Positions 1 to 13,492 of a stretch of 64,000 nt of DNA are shown here, one piece after another; the first letter of the stretch is position 1; each line of letters starts with the position of its first letter. The notes below the pieces were generated by a model. It had not been told where the DNA came from and ran no database searches. It was given only the letters and a program-made list of their open reading frames with translations. Location of the stretch: NCBI GenBank assembly GCA_951406725.2, contig OX597821.1, positions 59,458,001 through 59,522,000 of the forward strand. The letters run 5' to 3'. The stretch comes from Octopus vulgaris. Taxonomy: Eukaryota. Made by a program: the position numbers and the translations under genes.

Positions 1-629
1 GAAGTGCTAATCTTTGAGATGTAGCCCTGGCTACATCGAAGACCTGCTTTTGCCAGAAGATACTCCAAGTAATAGTGAAACCCAACAGTGAAACCCTATT
101 TCAAGGGCACTGGCTGAGTCATGCACTGAGAATTGTCAAACAAGAATGACTACAGAAGACTATAAAAATATAAGATTTACATAAGATCCTTATCTCCCTA
201 CATAATCTATTTCTCATTAGCTGTGCTATCATAGATAGCACACAGCCAATGAGAAAATGCTAAAACAGAAGGTAAATTATCATAGAAAATTCCAGCAGTT
301 TTTCATATATCAAGTAGTTACACGGGTTGTGATCACCTACCAGTTTAACAACTGATAAAGATTCCTAATCAGCTTATTGGAATTTTTTCTAATCATACCC
401 CCATCATAAAAGAAACAAACATTATTTATTTATTCACCAATCTTATGTATGTTATGTACACTCCTATTCTTGCAACTCTGACCTGTTTATTACCATTTAT
501 CATTGAGAGCAACTTTGCCTCTCATCCTTTTAGGGTTGATAAAAGAAGTGCCAGCCGAACACTGGAGTCGATATAATTGACTTACCCTCTCACCCAAACT
601 TGCTGGCCTTGTGCCACAATTTAAAAGCA

Positions 630-671
<42 letters not shown>

Positions 672-673
<2 letters not shown>

Positions 674-889
674 GGTGGTGAGCTGGCAGAATTGTTATCA
701 CGCTGGGCGAAATGCTTAGCAGTATTGAGCCTGCTGCTACGTTCTGAGTTCAAATTCTACCAAGGTTGACTTTGCCTTTCATGCATTCGGGGTTGATAAA
801 TTAAGTACCAGTTGCATACTGGGATTGATGTAATTGACTTAATCCCTTCCTCCAAATTCGAGGCCATGTGCTTCCAGAAGAAAGAATTA

Positions 890-926
<37 letters not shown>

Positions 927-1140
927 AGCAGCAACTGGCAGAATTGTTAGCATGCCAGACGAAATACTAGCAGTATTTTGTCTACTGCTACATTCTGAGT
1001 TCAAATCCCATCAAGGTTGACTTTGCCTTTCATCCTTTTGGGTTGATAAATTAAGTACCAGTGAAACACTAGGGTCAATGTAATCGATTATCACATCCCC
1101 TCAAATTTCAGGCCTCATGCCAATAGTAGAAAGGGTTATT
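672..1140 (+). mobile_element. Two tandem copies of tRNA-derived SINE family A (Nin/Deu-like core) with (ATT)n tails
   Basis: GAGCTGGCAGAA...GAGTTCAAATTC...CTTTGCCTTTCATCCTTT.GGGTTGATAAATTAAGTACCAG. Partial third copy at ~505-630. Confidence 0.85.
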
Positions 1141-3294
1141 ATTATTATCTTTTTTAGTTACTATCTACAATCACAAGAATGTATCTGTAACAGAATGAGT
1201 TCCTACAGAAAGCAGGGGATAGAGCAAGATTTTACATTCAACAGAGAGCATTAAGGAAATACAAGGTTAGAAAAACAAGTTGTTCTGTGCAGATAATTCC
1301 AAATAGCTGGTGCAGAAACGAAACAGTGCAACTGACAGCTGAAGTGAATCTCAAGAACAGAAGACCACTTATAAAATCTGATAAATGAAGGTTTCTGTCT
1401 TATGAAACAATTTTCTTTTTTTTTTGAAATTCTATATTTCATAATCCAAAATAAATAAGAAAGTGCAGGATGGTGGTGGGTAGGTAGATAAAACTACCTT
1501 GAATACAGGGGAAAAGAAAATCCAAAACATGGGCACATTTTACTCTAAATGATCCAGAAGGAAAAGATTATGAATTTACATTAAAATTCTGGAAACAGAT
1601 TGTTCTTGCACAGTTGCAAGTGAGATATTTCTTTGTCCAAGGTTACGACATTAATAATATGTAGCTAGAGTTGAGAAACTTGACATCTCTGCATAGTGTC
1701 TTTATAATTTTAACTCTGTCTTTATCAACAGGAAACTGGGTATGGACTATGGCTGAACTTTTCTCTGTTTCTTATAACCTCTATTCTCAAAACTTATCTC
1801 TGTACATTATACTGGCAGAGAGAAGAAATTGTTGAAAACTTCATTATTAATTCTACAAATACTAAAAGGAAAAAATGTTTTAACTCTGTTTTCATACTTC
1901 TGTTGAAATACACTTTATTGCAGTTAATTTTGAAAATAATGAAGAATTTAGTAAATTAGCTTTCTCATTATTAGGTTGATGTTTGGAACAGAATTTGACA
2001 TGAAATTTTTATGGCAAGTTTTAATTTTTAATTTAGATAATTTAAATACAGAAAGTTTGCATCACAGAATCAGTGAGGCTCTCAGTTAGGTTGATATCAA
2101 AAAGATTAAATAAAACTAACCAAATATTAATCCATTTAAGACTATGACTTATTCAAAACAAATTAAGTCATTTATGAATTTTTTTTTTTTTTTGCAAATG
2201 AATAAATCAATATGGTTGATATAAAGGAACATTCTAGTTTACTGTAAATATTTTCACTTCAACAAAATGTTCTTTCAATGTTTCATTTGCCAAAGGCTGC
2301 AAATTGGCAGAATCATGAGCCAGGCAAAATTCTGCCGCGATCAACATTGCTTTTCATCCTTTCAGGATCAATAAAATAAGTACCAGTTAAGCAAGGGGCA
2401 GCAGGTGGCAATGTAATTGACTTAGCCCCTCCCTTGAAATTGTTGGCCTTGTACCAAAATTTGAAATCAATATTTCATTTGCCAATCTAGGACTTCTTCC
2501 ATCTCAGTGAATTGTTTGCCATAAAAACCGTTTTCTATTCCATTTTTTTTTCTTCTGGAGATTTGTCAGTAAAGATGTACAAAGAAGTATTAAAAATAAA
2601 AATAGTCACACTTGAGGGTGTGTAAAGCAGTTATCAAGCTTGATTTAGTAAATATACTAAGCAAGTTCACTTGCTATACTGCACTGGATAAGAATTTATA
2701 GAATAGCTTTGCTTCTTGCAAAGGTGTTCAATAAACATAACTAATGATAACTAATTAACAAACTTTATTAAGCCTCTAAAATATATGATATGAATCTTTG
2801 CTTAAACTTCACTCCAGAAATATTGCAAACAGATAAACCTTAAATCATAAAATATATAATTATGCAACTAACTCCATATCTCCAAAATTACTGGTCTTGT
2901 GCCAAAATTTGAAACTATTATTATTACTATTATTTTAATACAATTTAGTATGAGATTATTATCAGGTCTGTAAAGGTGGCACAGAAGGTAACATGCTGAG
3001 CAGGAATTAATTTCATTGATTAATGACCGGGTTCAAATCCTACCAGTCAGCTTTGGTTTTACATTTTATCCCACCATTGGTCAACAGGAAATATTTACTA
3101 TTTTCAGTTCAATAGCCTACAGCTGCTCCAACACATTGTGTGTGTGTGTGTGTCTACACGTATATGCAATAGAAATTTATACAGGGTCAGGGGCCACCAA
3201 CTGACTGGGGTACACCAAAACCCAAGTAAAAGGGGTCAGCAACGTGACTTTTCCTTTCATATATAGGATAAAAATAATTAATAAGAATACTTAC

Positions 3295-3395
3295 GGTGTA
3301 CTAGAATCTGATTCAGACTCTGCATTTTCTAAATCTTGTGTATAGAATCGCAACAACTCATCTTTCATAGAAAGGTCATGCTTTAATTGGCTAAC
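3295..3395 (-). CDS. TRAK: Milton/TRAK coding exon, 101 nt, phase 0 in / phase 2 out; gene continues beyond the window start
   Basis: Acceptor cttttacag, donor CC|gtaagt. Encodes VSQLKHDLSMKDELLRFYTQDLENAESESDSST(P), compare TRAK1 VSQLRHELSMKDELLQFYT...STP. Confidence 0.95.
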
Positions 3396-6206
3396 CTGTA
3401 AAAGAGTCAACAAAGAATGATATAAACAAACTGTCTGAAGTAAAGGTGTACAAATATAACTGAACAGCTGGGCAGGAGGCAAAGCGTCGATGCAACCACA
3501 ATTCTTTGAACATGGGTAAGGCATATTACTGTATTTATTCATGTGTAAGTCACACTATTCTATACTTGATTTTAACTGAAAAAAACAGGGGCATGACTTA
3601 TATAAGTGGCAAATCTAAAACTATGAAGGGAAAAATATTTTGTACCATGATTTAATACTAAATTAGGAATGTGACACATGCATGAAATAGATATGGTCAT
3701 GACTTTGTCTACCTCAGTGTGTTTGACTGATAACAGATGTCATTACCATTTCTAAATTGAATGGTTGGCTGTCAGTAAGAAGGTGGAATATTCATGTATA
3801 AAAATACCTTATTTAATACAAAAATGTTCAAATCAGGGAAACTCTCATCTGTATAAGTAAAGGAAAATGAACATACAAATTACATGAAAACTCCCTGTAA
3901 TTAACATATGCGAGGTGTGTGTGTGTGTGTTCATTTTTCCATGCTAGTATAAGGTAGATGGATATCTATTACTGAGGCATTGTTTCGCAGTCAAATGCTC
4001 TTCCTGTCACTAACCTATACCTGATTTTCAAGTAAGGGATTTTTTTTCATTCCACATGTCTTTAAAAGTACAAAGTTATTGGGTAATCTGTTGACAAGGA
4101 ATTGTTAAAACTTTACCATTTGTAGTTCACCCTTTGTGACTGTTTACATTCTGTCAAAGACACACACACACAATGGACTTCATATGGTTTCCAGCTACTA
4201 AATTCACTCACAAGACATTGAGCAATTTGGGACTTGCTCCAGGTGTTGGGCAGTGGGACTGAACTTGAAACCATGTGGTTGAGAACTGAACTTAACTACA
4301 CAGCCATGTCAGTGCCTTCATTCTCTCTCTCTCATACACATACATACATGCATGCACACACACAAACAAACAAAATGTTCTATGAATGCACTTGTCACTA
4401 TATAATGGAAAAGAAGTGGATCTATTCACTTCCTGGTTGCAAACCCAGTTTGTCCAGTTTTGTATCTTCTTACAATGCAACCTTCACCACTGATTAAACA
4501 AATATCAATAGAATATGAGGGGCAAAGTTAGAGTTTGTTAGATCTTGTACCAAACATATTAAACATACTATAGAATAGGTGTGATTAATTAGGGTTGGAT
4601 GAGGTAAGAAAACAAATTTTTTTTTTTTTACCAATAAACTTAAGCATATATAAGAAGAGAGATAGATGTTTATGCTTGTTGACATAAGATCATGTATAGG
4701 CAGGTGGTGTGAGGCATGGCTCAAAAAATTTAAGGCGTGCCATTCAGAAAACTGCAGTTTGCTTGTAACTGACATAGAAAAATGGAAATTAGATATCTGG
4801 CTAGAAACATATATGGGGTAAAATATGAGAGAATATGTAAGTACAGAACAACAGTTACTATTATAGTTAAGGGTAATAACATTGAAATATTGCTTTAACA
4901 TTTCTGTTATATTACTGTTGAAATACAAGGCCTTATATTTCAACAGTTCCAAGTAACTATTCTTCTCTGAAGACCTTCTACTGCCCAACTCTCTTGAATG
5001 TTTCTTACTACTATTGAAATACATAGCCTAGGTTTCAATTTTTAAAAAAATGAAGAATTTAGTAAAATAACTTTGCTATTCTTAAGGTGCTGTTTGAGAC
5101 ATAAATTAACCTGAAATTTTTATGGAAGAATCTATTTTAGATCTTATAAAATAAGAAGATTGTATCAGGACCAAGGGCATCTTGGGTGGGTTAGCATCAG
5201 AAGGGTTAAACAAATTTACATTCAAATAATATTAGTTTTAGCTTCACAAGCATCAAATAGAGTGTAAAAATATTTCAGTGAAACAATGTATTCTTTGGCA
5301 AAAATACAAGTAGTTGGCATAGACTCACTATATAAGCTCTTTATATTAATCTTTATATAATTACAAGTTGGTGAGGATCAAAAGTTGGAGGTGAACTCAG
5401 TAAACTTGTTGTGAGGTTTTGATTTACTATTGTAGATGTTTCTCATTTTTGTATTGTGAAGGTCACTGGGTAAGGTATGACTGTTACAACTCTTTTTATA
5501 TGATTTTTGTCCCAAACAAGACTAGAGGCCATTGAAGCGTGACTACAAAGGAGAAAATGAAAAGGCCTACAAATTCAAAAGATGTCAATTGGCAGAAAAC
5601 TTAAAGGACAGAATATCCTAGACAAGAGGAAAACAAAATGATGGTAGAGAGTTCTGGAGAGCAGCAGTTTGAGGAAAATTTATTAGTATAAAAGGATTGT
5701 CTTATGACAAACAGGAAACTCAACAGGGATGAGAATTGAGTGACACTATTAAAGATTTCAACAGAGGATACTAAACCAAAAAGTTCATCAGTGCCATGGC
5801 CAAGGAAATATGTACTAATTTCATCTTAGCCATTGTTGGACACATTTAATTATTAGACAAACAAATGTATTTAATGAGTGCACATTATAATATTATGATA
5901 ATATTTACCCTCCTCCAAAGTATATTTTCCAATACTAAGATAACTACTTTTAGTAACAAAATAAAATAGGTATTAACAATATATAGGATTCAGTTTAATA
6001 TAAATTATTCATTAATGTTTTATGGTTAAATGTTAAATAATGATCTTTGTTTACTACACTGAAAAGTCTGACTGATTACCATTCGAGAAAAAACCCAACA
6101 AAAAACTATTAATAACCTGAACTTCCACTCCCAGTGATAATATGTCATACTCTGGGTCAGATGTCTTATAGCATTATATATATATGTGTGTGTGTGTGTG
6201 TGTATG

Positions 6207-6239
<33 letters not shown>

Positions 6240-6258
6240 ATGTATATATATATATATA

Positions 6259-6291
<33 letters not shown>

Positions 6292-6292
<1 letters not shown>

Positions 6293-6667
6293 CTAGCAGT
6301 ATCGCCCGGCGTTGCTCAGGTTTGTAAGGGAAATAACTATAAAGCATTTTTAGAGAGTTATAGCCAAAAATTAGCAAAAAAATGGGAAAAAAATGATGGT
6401 AAATTTTTTTTGCGAGTTAAAAAAGGTGGAGTTGCGTCCCCTAGACGGTCTGTGGTTTGGGTTTCTGATTCTCGACCCCATGTCGAATTTATCGTTTTTT
6501 TTCAGAACTGGGGGAACTTTTCAAAATTTTCGCTGCGTTAGTTTTGAATTATGACATTGGGGTATGTGTGTGTCAAGTTTCATCAGAATCGGTTGAAAGC
6601 CGTGGTCAGAGTGAGGGTACGAGAAAACAGACACACAGAAAACGCACAGACAAACTGCCGTTTATAT

Positions 6668-6673
<6 letters not shown>
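6292..6673 (+). mobile_element. Non-autonomous Helentron/Helitron-like element inserted in a (TA)n tract
   Basis: Starts ACTAGCAGTATCGCCCGGCGTTGCTCAGG, has an ACAG-type microsatellite near the end and terminates TTTATATAGAGAT. CpG-rich relative to the flanks, so probably young. Confidence 0.6.
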
Positions 6674-6716
<43 letters not shown>

Positions 6717-7495
6717 TAAATAAATAAAACAATATTTGGGGAAAGAGCAATCTCATAGGGAAAGGCTTTTTATGTGCATACACATACACACCAAAGCAAA
6801 TATAAACAAAAATAATTCACCTTCAAAATGTACTGTTGCTAGAAGGTCAATATACATAACATCCTGCTATAACTACTGTCTATTTCCACATAACAGCTAT
6901 GATACAATAATTCATTTTTACCATCTTACAATTCAGAACAGAATCATTTTTTTTTTATATTCCATAGCTTTCTATATTCTCAGCACCTACTCTTTTGTTC
7001 AAGCTGTGAACATTTAAACTTGAATTTATTTAAATTTTATATTAGAGAAAAATCTCACAGTTAATTCAACTTATTTCTTAAAGATTGTTGAATAGGTATT
7101 ATGTACACTTTGAATCTATCACAACCTACAGTGACTGAATTCTATGAGTCAACTGCTGCCTGTAGCACACCCCAAACAATGCAAAAGAAACAGAAAAGAT
7201 TACAAAAATATTATTATTATTGTTGTTGTTAGTATAAATATAATAGAATTAAACCCAGTAACACAATCTTGTGAAATTTAGCATTGTAAAGCATAAAATG
7301 TCTTTTAATCTTTCTTTTATTTGCTTCAGTCATTGAACTGCGACCATGCTGAGGCATGAGTAATATTTTTTCCTGTCTGGTACTTATTTTACTGTTTCCT
7401 CTTTCTAAGCTGTTAAGTTACAGGGACATAAACAAACCAACATCAAGTGTCAAATGGTAGGAGAGATAAACAAAGACACATAGAAACTCTCCTAC

Positions 7496-7672
7496 CATAC
7501 ACACACACACACATATATATATACATACACACATATATATATATACACACACACACACATATATATATATACACACATATATATATATATATACACATAT
7601 ATATACATATATATATATATGTATATGTATGTATATATACATACTTACATATACATACATACATATATATAC

Positions 7673-7703
<31 letters not shown>

Positions 7704-7760
7704 AACATATATATACATACACATATATATAAACACACACACACACACACACACATATAT
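7496..7760. repeat. Compound (CA)/(TA) microsatellite (others at 6176-6291, 14698-14740, 35025-35061, 39224-39277, 39563-39617, 42530-42817, 50418-50750)
   Basis: Directly visible dinucleotide tracts. Confidence 0.95.
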
Positions 7761-7761
7761 A

Positions 7762-8152
7762 CTCTTTTACTCGTTTCAGTCATTTGACTGCGGCCATGCT
7801 GGAGCACCGCCTTTAATCGAGCAACTCAACCCCGGGACTTATTCTTTTTGTAAGCCAAGTACTTATTCTATCAGTCTCTTTTGCCGAACCGCTAAGTAAC
7901 GGGGACATAAACACACCAACATCGGTTGTCAAGCAATGCTAGGGGGACAAACACATACACATGCATATATATATATATATATACATATATACGACGGGCT
8001 TCTTTCAGTTTCCGTCTACCAAATCCACTCACAAGGCTTTGGTCGGCCCGAGGTTATAGTAGAAGACACTTGCCCAAGGTGCCACGCAGTGGGACTGAAC
8101 CCGGAACCACGTGGTTGGTAAACAAGCTACTTATCACACAGCCACTCCTGCG

Positions 8153-8155
<3 letters not shown>
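7762..8155 (-). mobile_element. tRNA-derived SINE family B, near full length (others at ~12755-13121, 19329-19695, 24655-25054, 35330-35690, 55670-56010 minus; 40119-40540 plus)
   Basis: Head AGGCGCAGGAGTGGCTGTGTG...GGGTTCAGTCCCACTGCGTGGCACCTTGGGCAAGTG, internal (TA/TG)n, tail CAGCATGGCCGCAGTCAAATGACTGAAAC. Confidence 0.85.
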
Positions 8156-8198
<43 letters not shown>

Positions 8199-8733
8199 CA
8201 CACACACATACATCAGGCTTCCACAGTTTCTATCTACCAAATTCACTCACAAAGTCCACCTAAAGATTTAGCAGAAGATACTTGCTCAAGGTGCTGTGCA
8301 GTGAGACTGAATCCCAGCTAAATAAGGTCGCAATGAGATTTCCTTAACCATACAACCACATCTGCACCCAGTAATTAATTAATTTCTGTAAATATCAATT
8401 TAATTTTCACAAAAATGCTTTCCTCAATAAACGCAAAAAAAGGCTCAACACATTTTGAAAAGCAAAAAGTTCATTATGTCAATATACAACAATTAAGAAG
8501 TAAAAAAAATAGTTTAAACTTGTAGTATAAAGGGAATTTTATCCAACATTATTTGGGTGAAGAAATAAAAATCATTTAGGGAGTTTACAGGAATATTAAA
8601 AATCAATAAAAAGCCTAATATAATACAGATATTTACATAGGGAAACATAAAGGGATTAATTATAGGTGATAGAAGCAGTATCAATATCAAAAGGTACTGA
8701 TATGGATGCCCTGTCAGAACACCAAATACTGTG

Positions 8734-8814
8734 TTATTAGCCTTGAGAGATCCTCTCGTAAAGGTACTTCGTGTATAAAGGAATCTATACGAGAGGATCA
8801 TTCAAGGCTAATAA
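8734..8814. repeat. Inverted repeat / hairpin, 27-bp arms
   Basis: TTATTAGCCTTGAGAGATCCTCTCGTA (8734-8760) pairs with TACGAGAGGATCATTCAAGGCTAATAA (8788-8814), 2 mismatches. Confidence 0.9.
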
Positions 8815-8992
8815 TGCAACAGTCGGGGTTCTAAGAAGCTACCTATGTTAAGTTGGATACATAAGAGAATTGTTTAAAACTGCTAGTATGTATATATATA
8901 ACAATAATAATATTAGGGATTATGATTCCAAACTTACAGGAAAAAATTCAATTTAGTTATACTAAATCAAATTTCACAATATATAATATATG

Positions 8993-9317
8993 TATATAAA
9001 TTAGAGAAGAATCACCACGTAGCAATTCAACAATGATATAATTAAATCATACCACATAGAAAAAAATTAAAGATAGGATAAAACATACCTATAATTAAGT
9101 ACAAAATAATAAATAAATAGTATATAATTAGTAAAAAATAAATAGTATATAATTAGTAATAAATAATTAGTCTTTTTACTAATTATAAACTATTTATTAA
9201 TTTGTACTTTACTTTACAGGTATACGCTTTATCGTATATTTAATTTTTTTCTATATATTATGATTTAATTATATCATTGTTGAATTGCTACATAGTGGTT
9301 CTTCTCTAATTTATATA
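8993..9317. repeat. Long imperfect inverted repeat, ~145-bp arms
   Basis: TATATAAATTAGAGAAGAA...TAGCAATTCAACAATGATATAATTAAATCATA is mirrored by TATGATTTAATTATATCATTGTTGAATTGCTA...TTCTTCTCTAATTTATATA. Confidence 0.9.
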
Positions 9318-9725
9318 TATATAAAATATTGAAGTGAAGTTATGTGGCCTAGTAGCCAGAGTGTTGGGTTTGAATTTGTAAGATCATGCATTTAATTTAT
9401 TGATTTAACTGTGCATTGTGTTCTTGAGCAAGACATTTCATTTCACAACACTCCAATTCACTTATCTGAAAATGAAGGGAAGCAGGAGCAGCTGGAATTA
9501 ACTTTGCTACAAGCTGGCACCCTGTCCTGTCCAGAGGGAGCTTTCCAGGGTAGGAACAGCAGTGGTATTTAATTTCCCTATGGCCTTCACACAATCACAC
9601 ACACACACAGAGTATAAGATATAACATCTTGTAATTTTCTAATATCTTAGACACCCTAATAATGGTTAACACAGAGAAGAAAACACAAATGAAAATTGAT
9701 TTAAAAGAAAAAAGAAACGACTTAC

Positions 9726-9842
9726 TTTGTCATTAGCAGCAGATAATTGGTCTTCTAAGTGGTCAGCTTTGTCTGATAACTCTTTGTTCTTCTCAAGAAG
9801 GGTTTGACCGATGCGAGCTGCAAGTTCAAGATCTCGTTCTTT
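9726..9842 (-). CDS. TRAK: Milton/TRAK coding exon, 117 nt, phase 0/0, contains the CC1-box (AAxxG)
   Basis: Acceptor atttgcag, donor AAA|gtaagt. Encodes KERDLELAARIGQTLLEKNKELSDKADHLEDQLSAANDK, the HAP1/TRAK signature KERDLELAARIGQ. Confidence 0.97.
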
Positions 9843-11603
9843 CTGCAAATGAATGAAGTATTTTAATTAGAGAAATAGCAACTTTATATTTACAAAAGAA
9901 GTCAGAAAATATGATGTTAAGTGAATGGGTAAAAATATTAAACCTGAAATATTTCAGACTGTGTTGTATCTAGATCAGACATTTTCCTTCCAGACTGTCC
10001 ATAATTTGAGAATAATAGACTGATACCCACTTCATACTAGTCATAAAGGATTGATTAACTTTCCAAGTAATTGCTTATTTTTCTTCTAAGAAATTAAAAT
10101 GAAGTTGTTATTGATATTTCCCTTTTTGTTTTTTTCCTCCAAAAAATCTCGCTGCATATATTTAGTTGGCTTCCTCTGGTCCATTAACTGGTTTGACTGG
10201 CAACAAAAAAGGTAGGTTTTGATTGACTTACAATTGCTAAGACACACCTACATGCTGTTATGATCCATGTGGTTAGTCAGTAAAGAAATATAACGATGTT
10301 TATTGTTTTGTTTTTAAAGTGGTGACTGTAAATAAAATTTAAAAAAAAAAATTTACTTGTAACTATTGATATCACTATGGTAACATCAACAGTTATATGC
10401 AATCAATAAATTGACCGATGACACTTAAAATTTACAACAGGATAACTGAGAAAAGGTAATGTTTTGTTTATATTTTTATCTATTTTACTGTAAACAAATA
10501 CTGCATTTGACAGCAAGCTCTTCTTTCAACTGCAACTTACCTGTAACACAAACCTTGAGCTTTGTTTAGAAACTGAAAACAGGCTTTGGGGGAGTTTGTT
10601 GTTTTTTTTTAATATAGGTGCACCTTATCAAATGCAGTATTGTTTGCTAAGGATCACTTAAGATAAGCACAGATTGCTGTGAAATGTGTCTAACATGTCA
10701 GGCCATGCCTTTTATCTCAAAATGAGGAAAAAAGGAAAAAGTGGGGCAAATAAATTTTATGGACAATTTTGCCAGCAAAAACTACGAGTAGTTATATTGA
10801 TTTCCAATTTTTACTATCTATAATAAACCTGTGTTATGTGTCACCTTTCTTAAATGCTATCAGTTTCATCTCTAGTTTTAGGTATTTTGCCTAGTGTTAA
10901 GTATTTGTTGGAAAAAAGACATTCCCTACAGATGACTCAAACCCTAAAGAAATGTTCACTTGCTGACATTTTTGTCCAGATATAAGCTGTTTTGATACTC
11001 CAGGATAGCAGTACCCAACTGGGGCTCCCATGGTCGCATGCAACCCTCAAGTATCCTTCTAGTGGGCCCCAACAGTTTTCATTCCCATCATTATCATTTA
11101 ATGTCCATTGTCCATGCTGGCATGGGTTGGACAGTTTGACCAGGGGTGGTAAACTGAGGAGCTGCACCAGACTCCAGCCTGATTTGGCAGGGTTTCTATG
11201 GCTCGCTGCCCTTTCTAATACCAACCACTCCAATTGTAATGGGTGTTTTTACATGCCACCAGCACAGGTGCCAGTTGCATGACACCAGTGTCTTCCATGA
11301 CTACGATTTCACTTGGCTTGATGGGTCTTCTTCTCAAACACAGTATATTGCCAAAGTTCTCGGTCATTTGTCATTGCCTCCATAAGGGCCAATGTTTGAA
11401 AGGTGCATTTTACATGCCAACTGACCTGTGTACTTTTTTTGTGTGAACCCCTAAAAAAAAACAATCCAGGTTTGGATCTCGTCTGGATATTTAAATAGTT
11501 GAGAACCACTGCTCCAGAATTTATTTCTATTACTGAATGGCATATTGGGCAACTGTCATCTATTACAGCCCTGGACCAACTAAAGCCTCAAAGAAACCTG
11601 TTG

Positions 11604-11649
<46 letters not shown>

Positions 11650-13492
11650 TGTGTGTATGTTTGTATCTCCTTGTGTTGACATCACATAATTGTAAATGAA
11701 CATCTCTGTCATAAAGAAGTGTCATTTCCAATACTCTGCTAAAACATGTCTGGCCATGGGAAAGCATTAGCTTGCTTGGGAACAGGTGAGAGTTGGTGAC
11801 AAGCAGGGCGTCCAACTGTAGAAAATCTGCTTCAAACTTTGTCCGATCCATGCCAGCATTGAAAAATGGACATTACAAGGATTCTGATGCCATTGTGATA
11901 TTGTTTGAAAAGTCTGGATTAAGAATGGGTCTACCATTCTTAAGCCAGACATTTCAAACAATATCAAAATAGTTTTTCAATGTAGAAAGCATTTTACATC
12001 AGTGGTATACTATTTTACTGGTGCCAGTCAGTTGGCTCTGACCATATTGGGGGGCGGGGGTGGGGAGAAAAACCTCCTCTGCACATTTGGATCTTTAAAA
12101 TGTTTGCTATCTGTGTCAATGATCATAGAGAAGATGAGGATAAATTGGCTTTATACCAAAGTGAAATGTACTTATAATCTAAGCAGCCATATGATATCCT
12201 TAATGAATGATATTTGAGAAGAATGCATGAATGAAACTATTTTCAGACAAAGTGATAGCAAAATCTTGTTTATTACTTTCAGTGTTATGATTACAGTTTT
12301 CTTTTTTTTTTTCTCTCTCTTTAAATTTATACTTTGAAATTTGAATGAATTAACAGCTTTAGTTTCATAATGCCAAATGGTACATTACACTGAGATTTTC
12401 TTATAGCTGTAACCTTCACTAGATAACTCCACTACGACCACCACCATCAACAAATGCTTTGAGGTGTCAGTCCTTTCTAAGCGTCCTCTTTTAAACATGA
12501 GTACAAATGGAAATCTTAAGCAATTTGGCAGAGAAATGTGAATAAACCTCATAGGAAAAAACAAACCAATCTATCTAATATAAATTAAGACACGAAGAAA
12601 GTTTAAAGGTCAACTACTAAGTAACTCACTACTCAAGTATTGCACCTGTTTCAATGGTAACATTTTATCATTAAGAAAAAAAGAAAATGAAATTCTATAA
12701 ACATTATAAAAAGGTTTGAAACTGAAAAACAAAATTCTAGTGTTTATTTTCTATCTCTTACTTGTTCCAGTCATTAGATTGTGGCCATACTGGAGCACTG
12801 CTTTGATGAATTATAGTTGAACGAATCAACTCCAGTACTCTTCTTTTTTTTTAAACCTGGTACTTATTCTATTAGTCTTTTTTGCTGAACTGCTAAGTTA
12901 CAGGGCTGTAAACACACCAATACAAGCTGTCGAGCAGTGATGGGGAACAAACAGAAAAAGACACACACACACACATAGTGGGCTTCTTTCAGTTTCTGTC
13001 TACCAAATCTGCTCACAAGGATTTAGTTGGATTTGGTAGCAGAAGATGCTTACCCAAAGTGCCATGCAGTGGGACTGAACCTACCATGTGGTTGGAAAGC
13101 AAAATTTGTACCATACAGCCTTGGAATGCAATTTTAAATGTGAGGTCACTTTGAGAAATTGTAAGACCTAGTATTGGTAACAGTGTCAAAGGTTTTAACT
13201 ACCGTATTTGATGGCATAAAAGATGCATAGACACATCAGATACCCTCCAATTCAACAGAGTATATTCAAGGAAAAAGTTTTTTATTGCATTAAAATGTAA
13301 TATTTAGTTGAAAGCCTAACTTTACATATAGGACCTGGAGTGATTTTTTTCAGACATTTTTTTGGGGAAAACAAAAATGCATTTATATTATATGCTATCA
13401 AATACATCACATGTTTATATGTAAGGAGGGTTAATTGAGATAATTTTAAACAGAAATTAGAATTAAATCAATCTATTTATTTACTAGTAATA

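Noticed and set aside
4494-5024. 176-aa ORF
   Set aside because: Low-complexity AT-rich sequence overlapping a repeated TTACT.TTGAAATAC TE end; no recognisable domain or splice fit to TRAK.
6134-7807. ORFs rich in Y/I/C/V/H/T (also at 25284-25738, 42495-43016, 50375-50948)
   Set aside because: Translations of (TA)/(CA)/(TG) microsatellites.
9666-9848. ORF-track ends of the TRAK exons (also 3291..3542)
   Set aside because: The track reads through splice sites into introns; true exon limits are 9726-9842 and 3295-3395.
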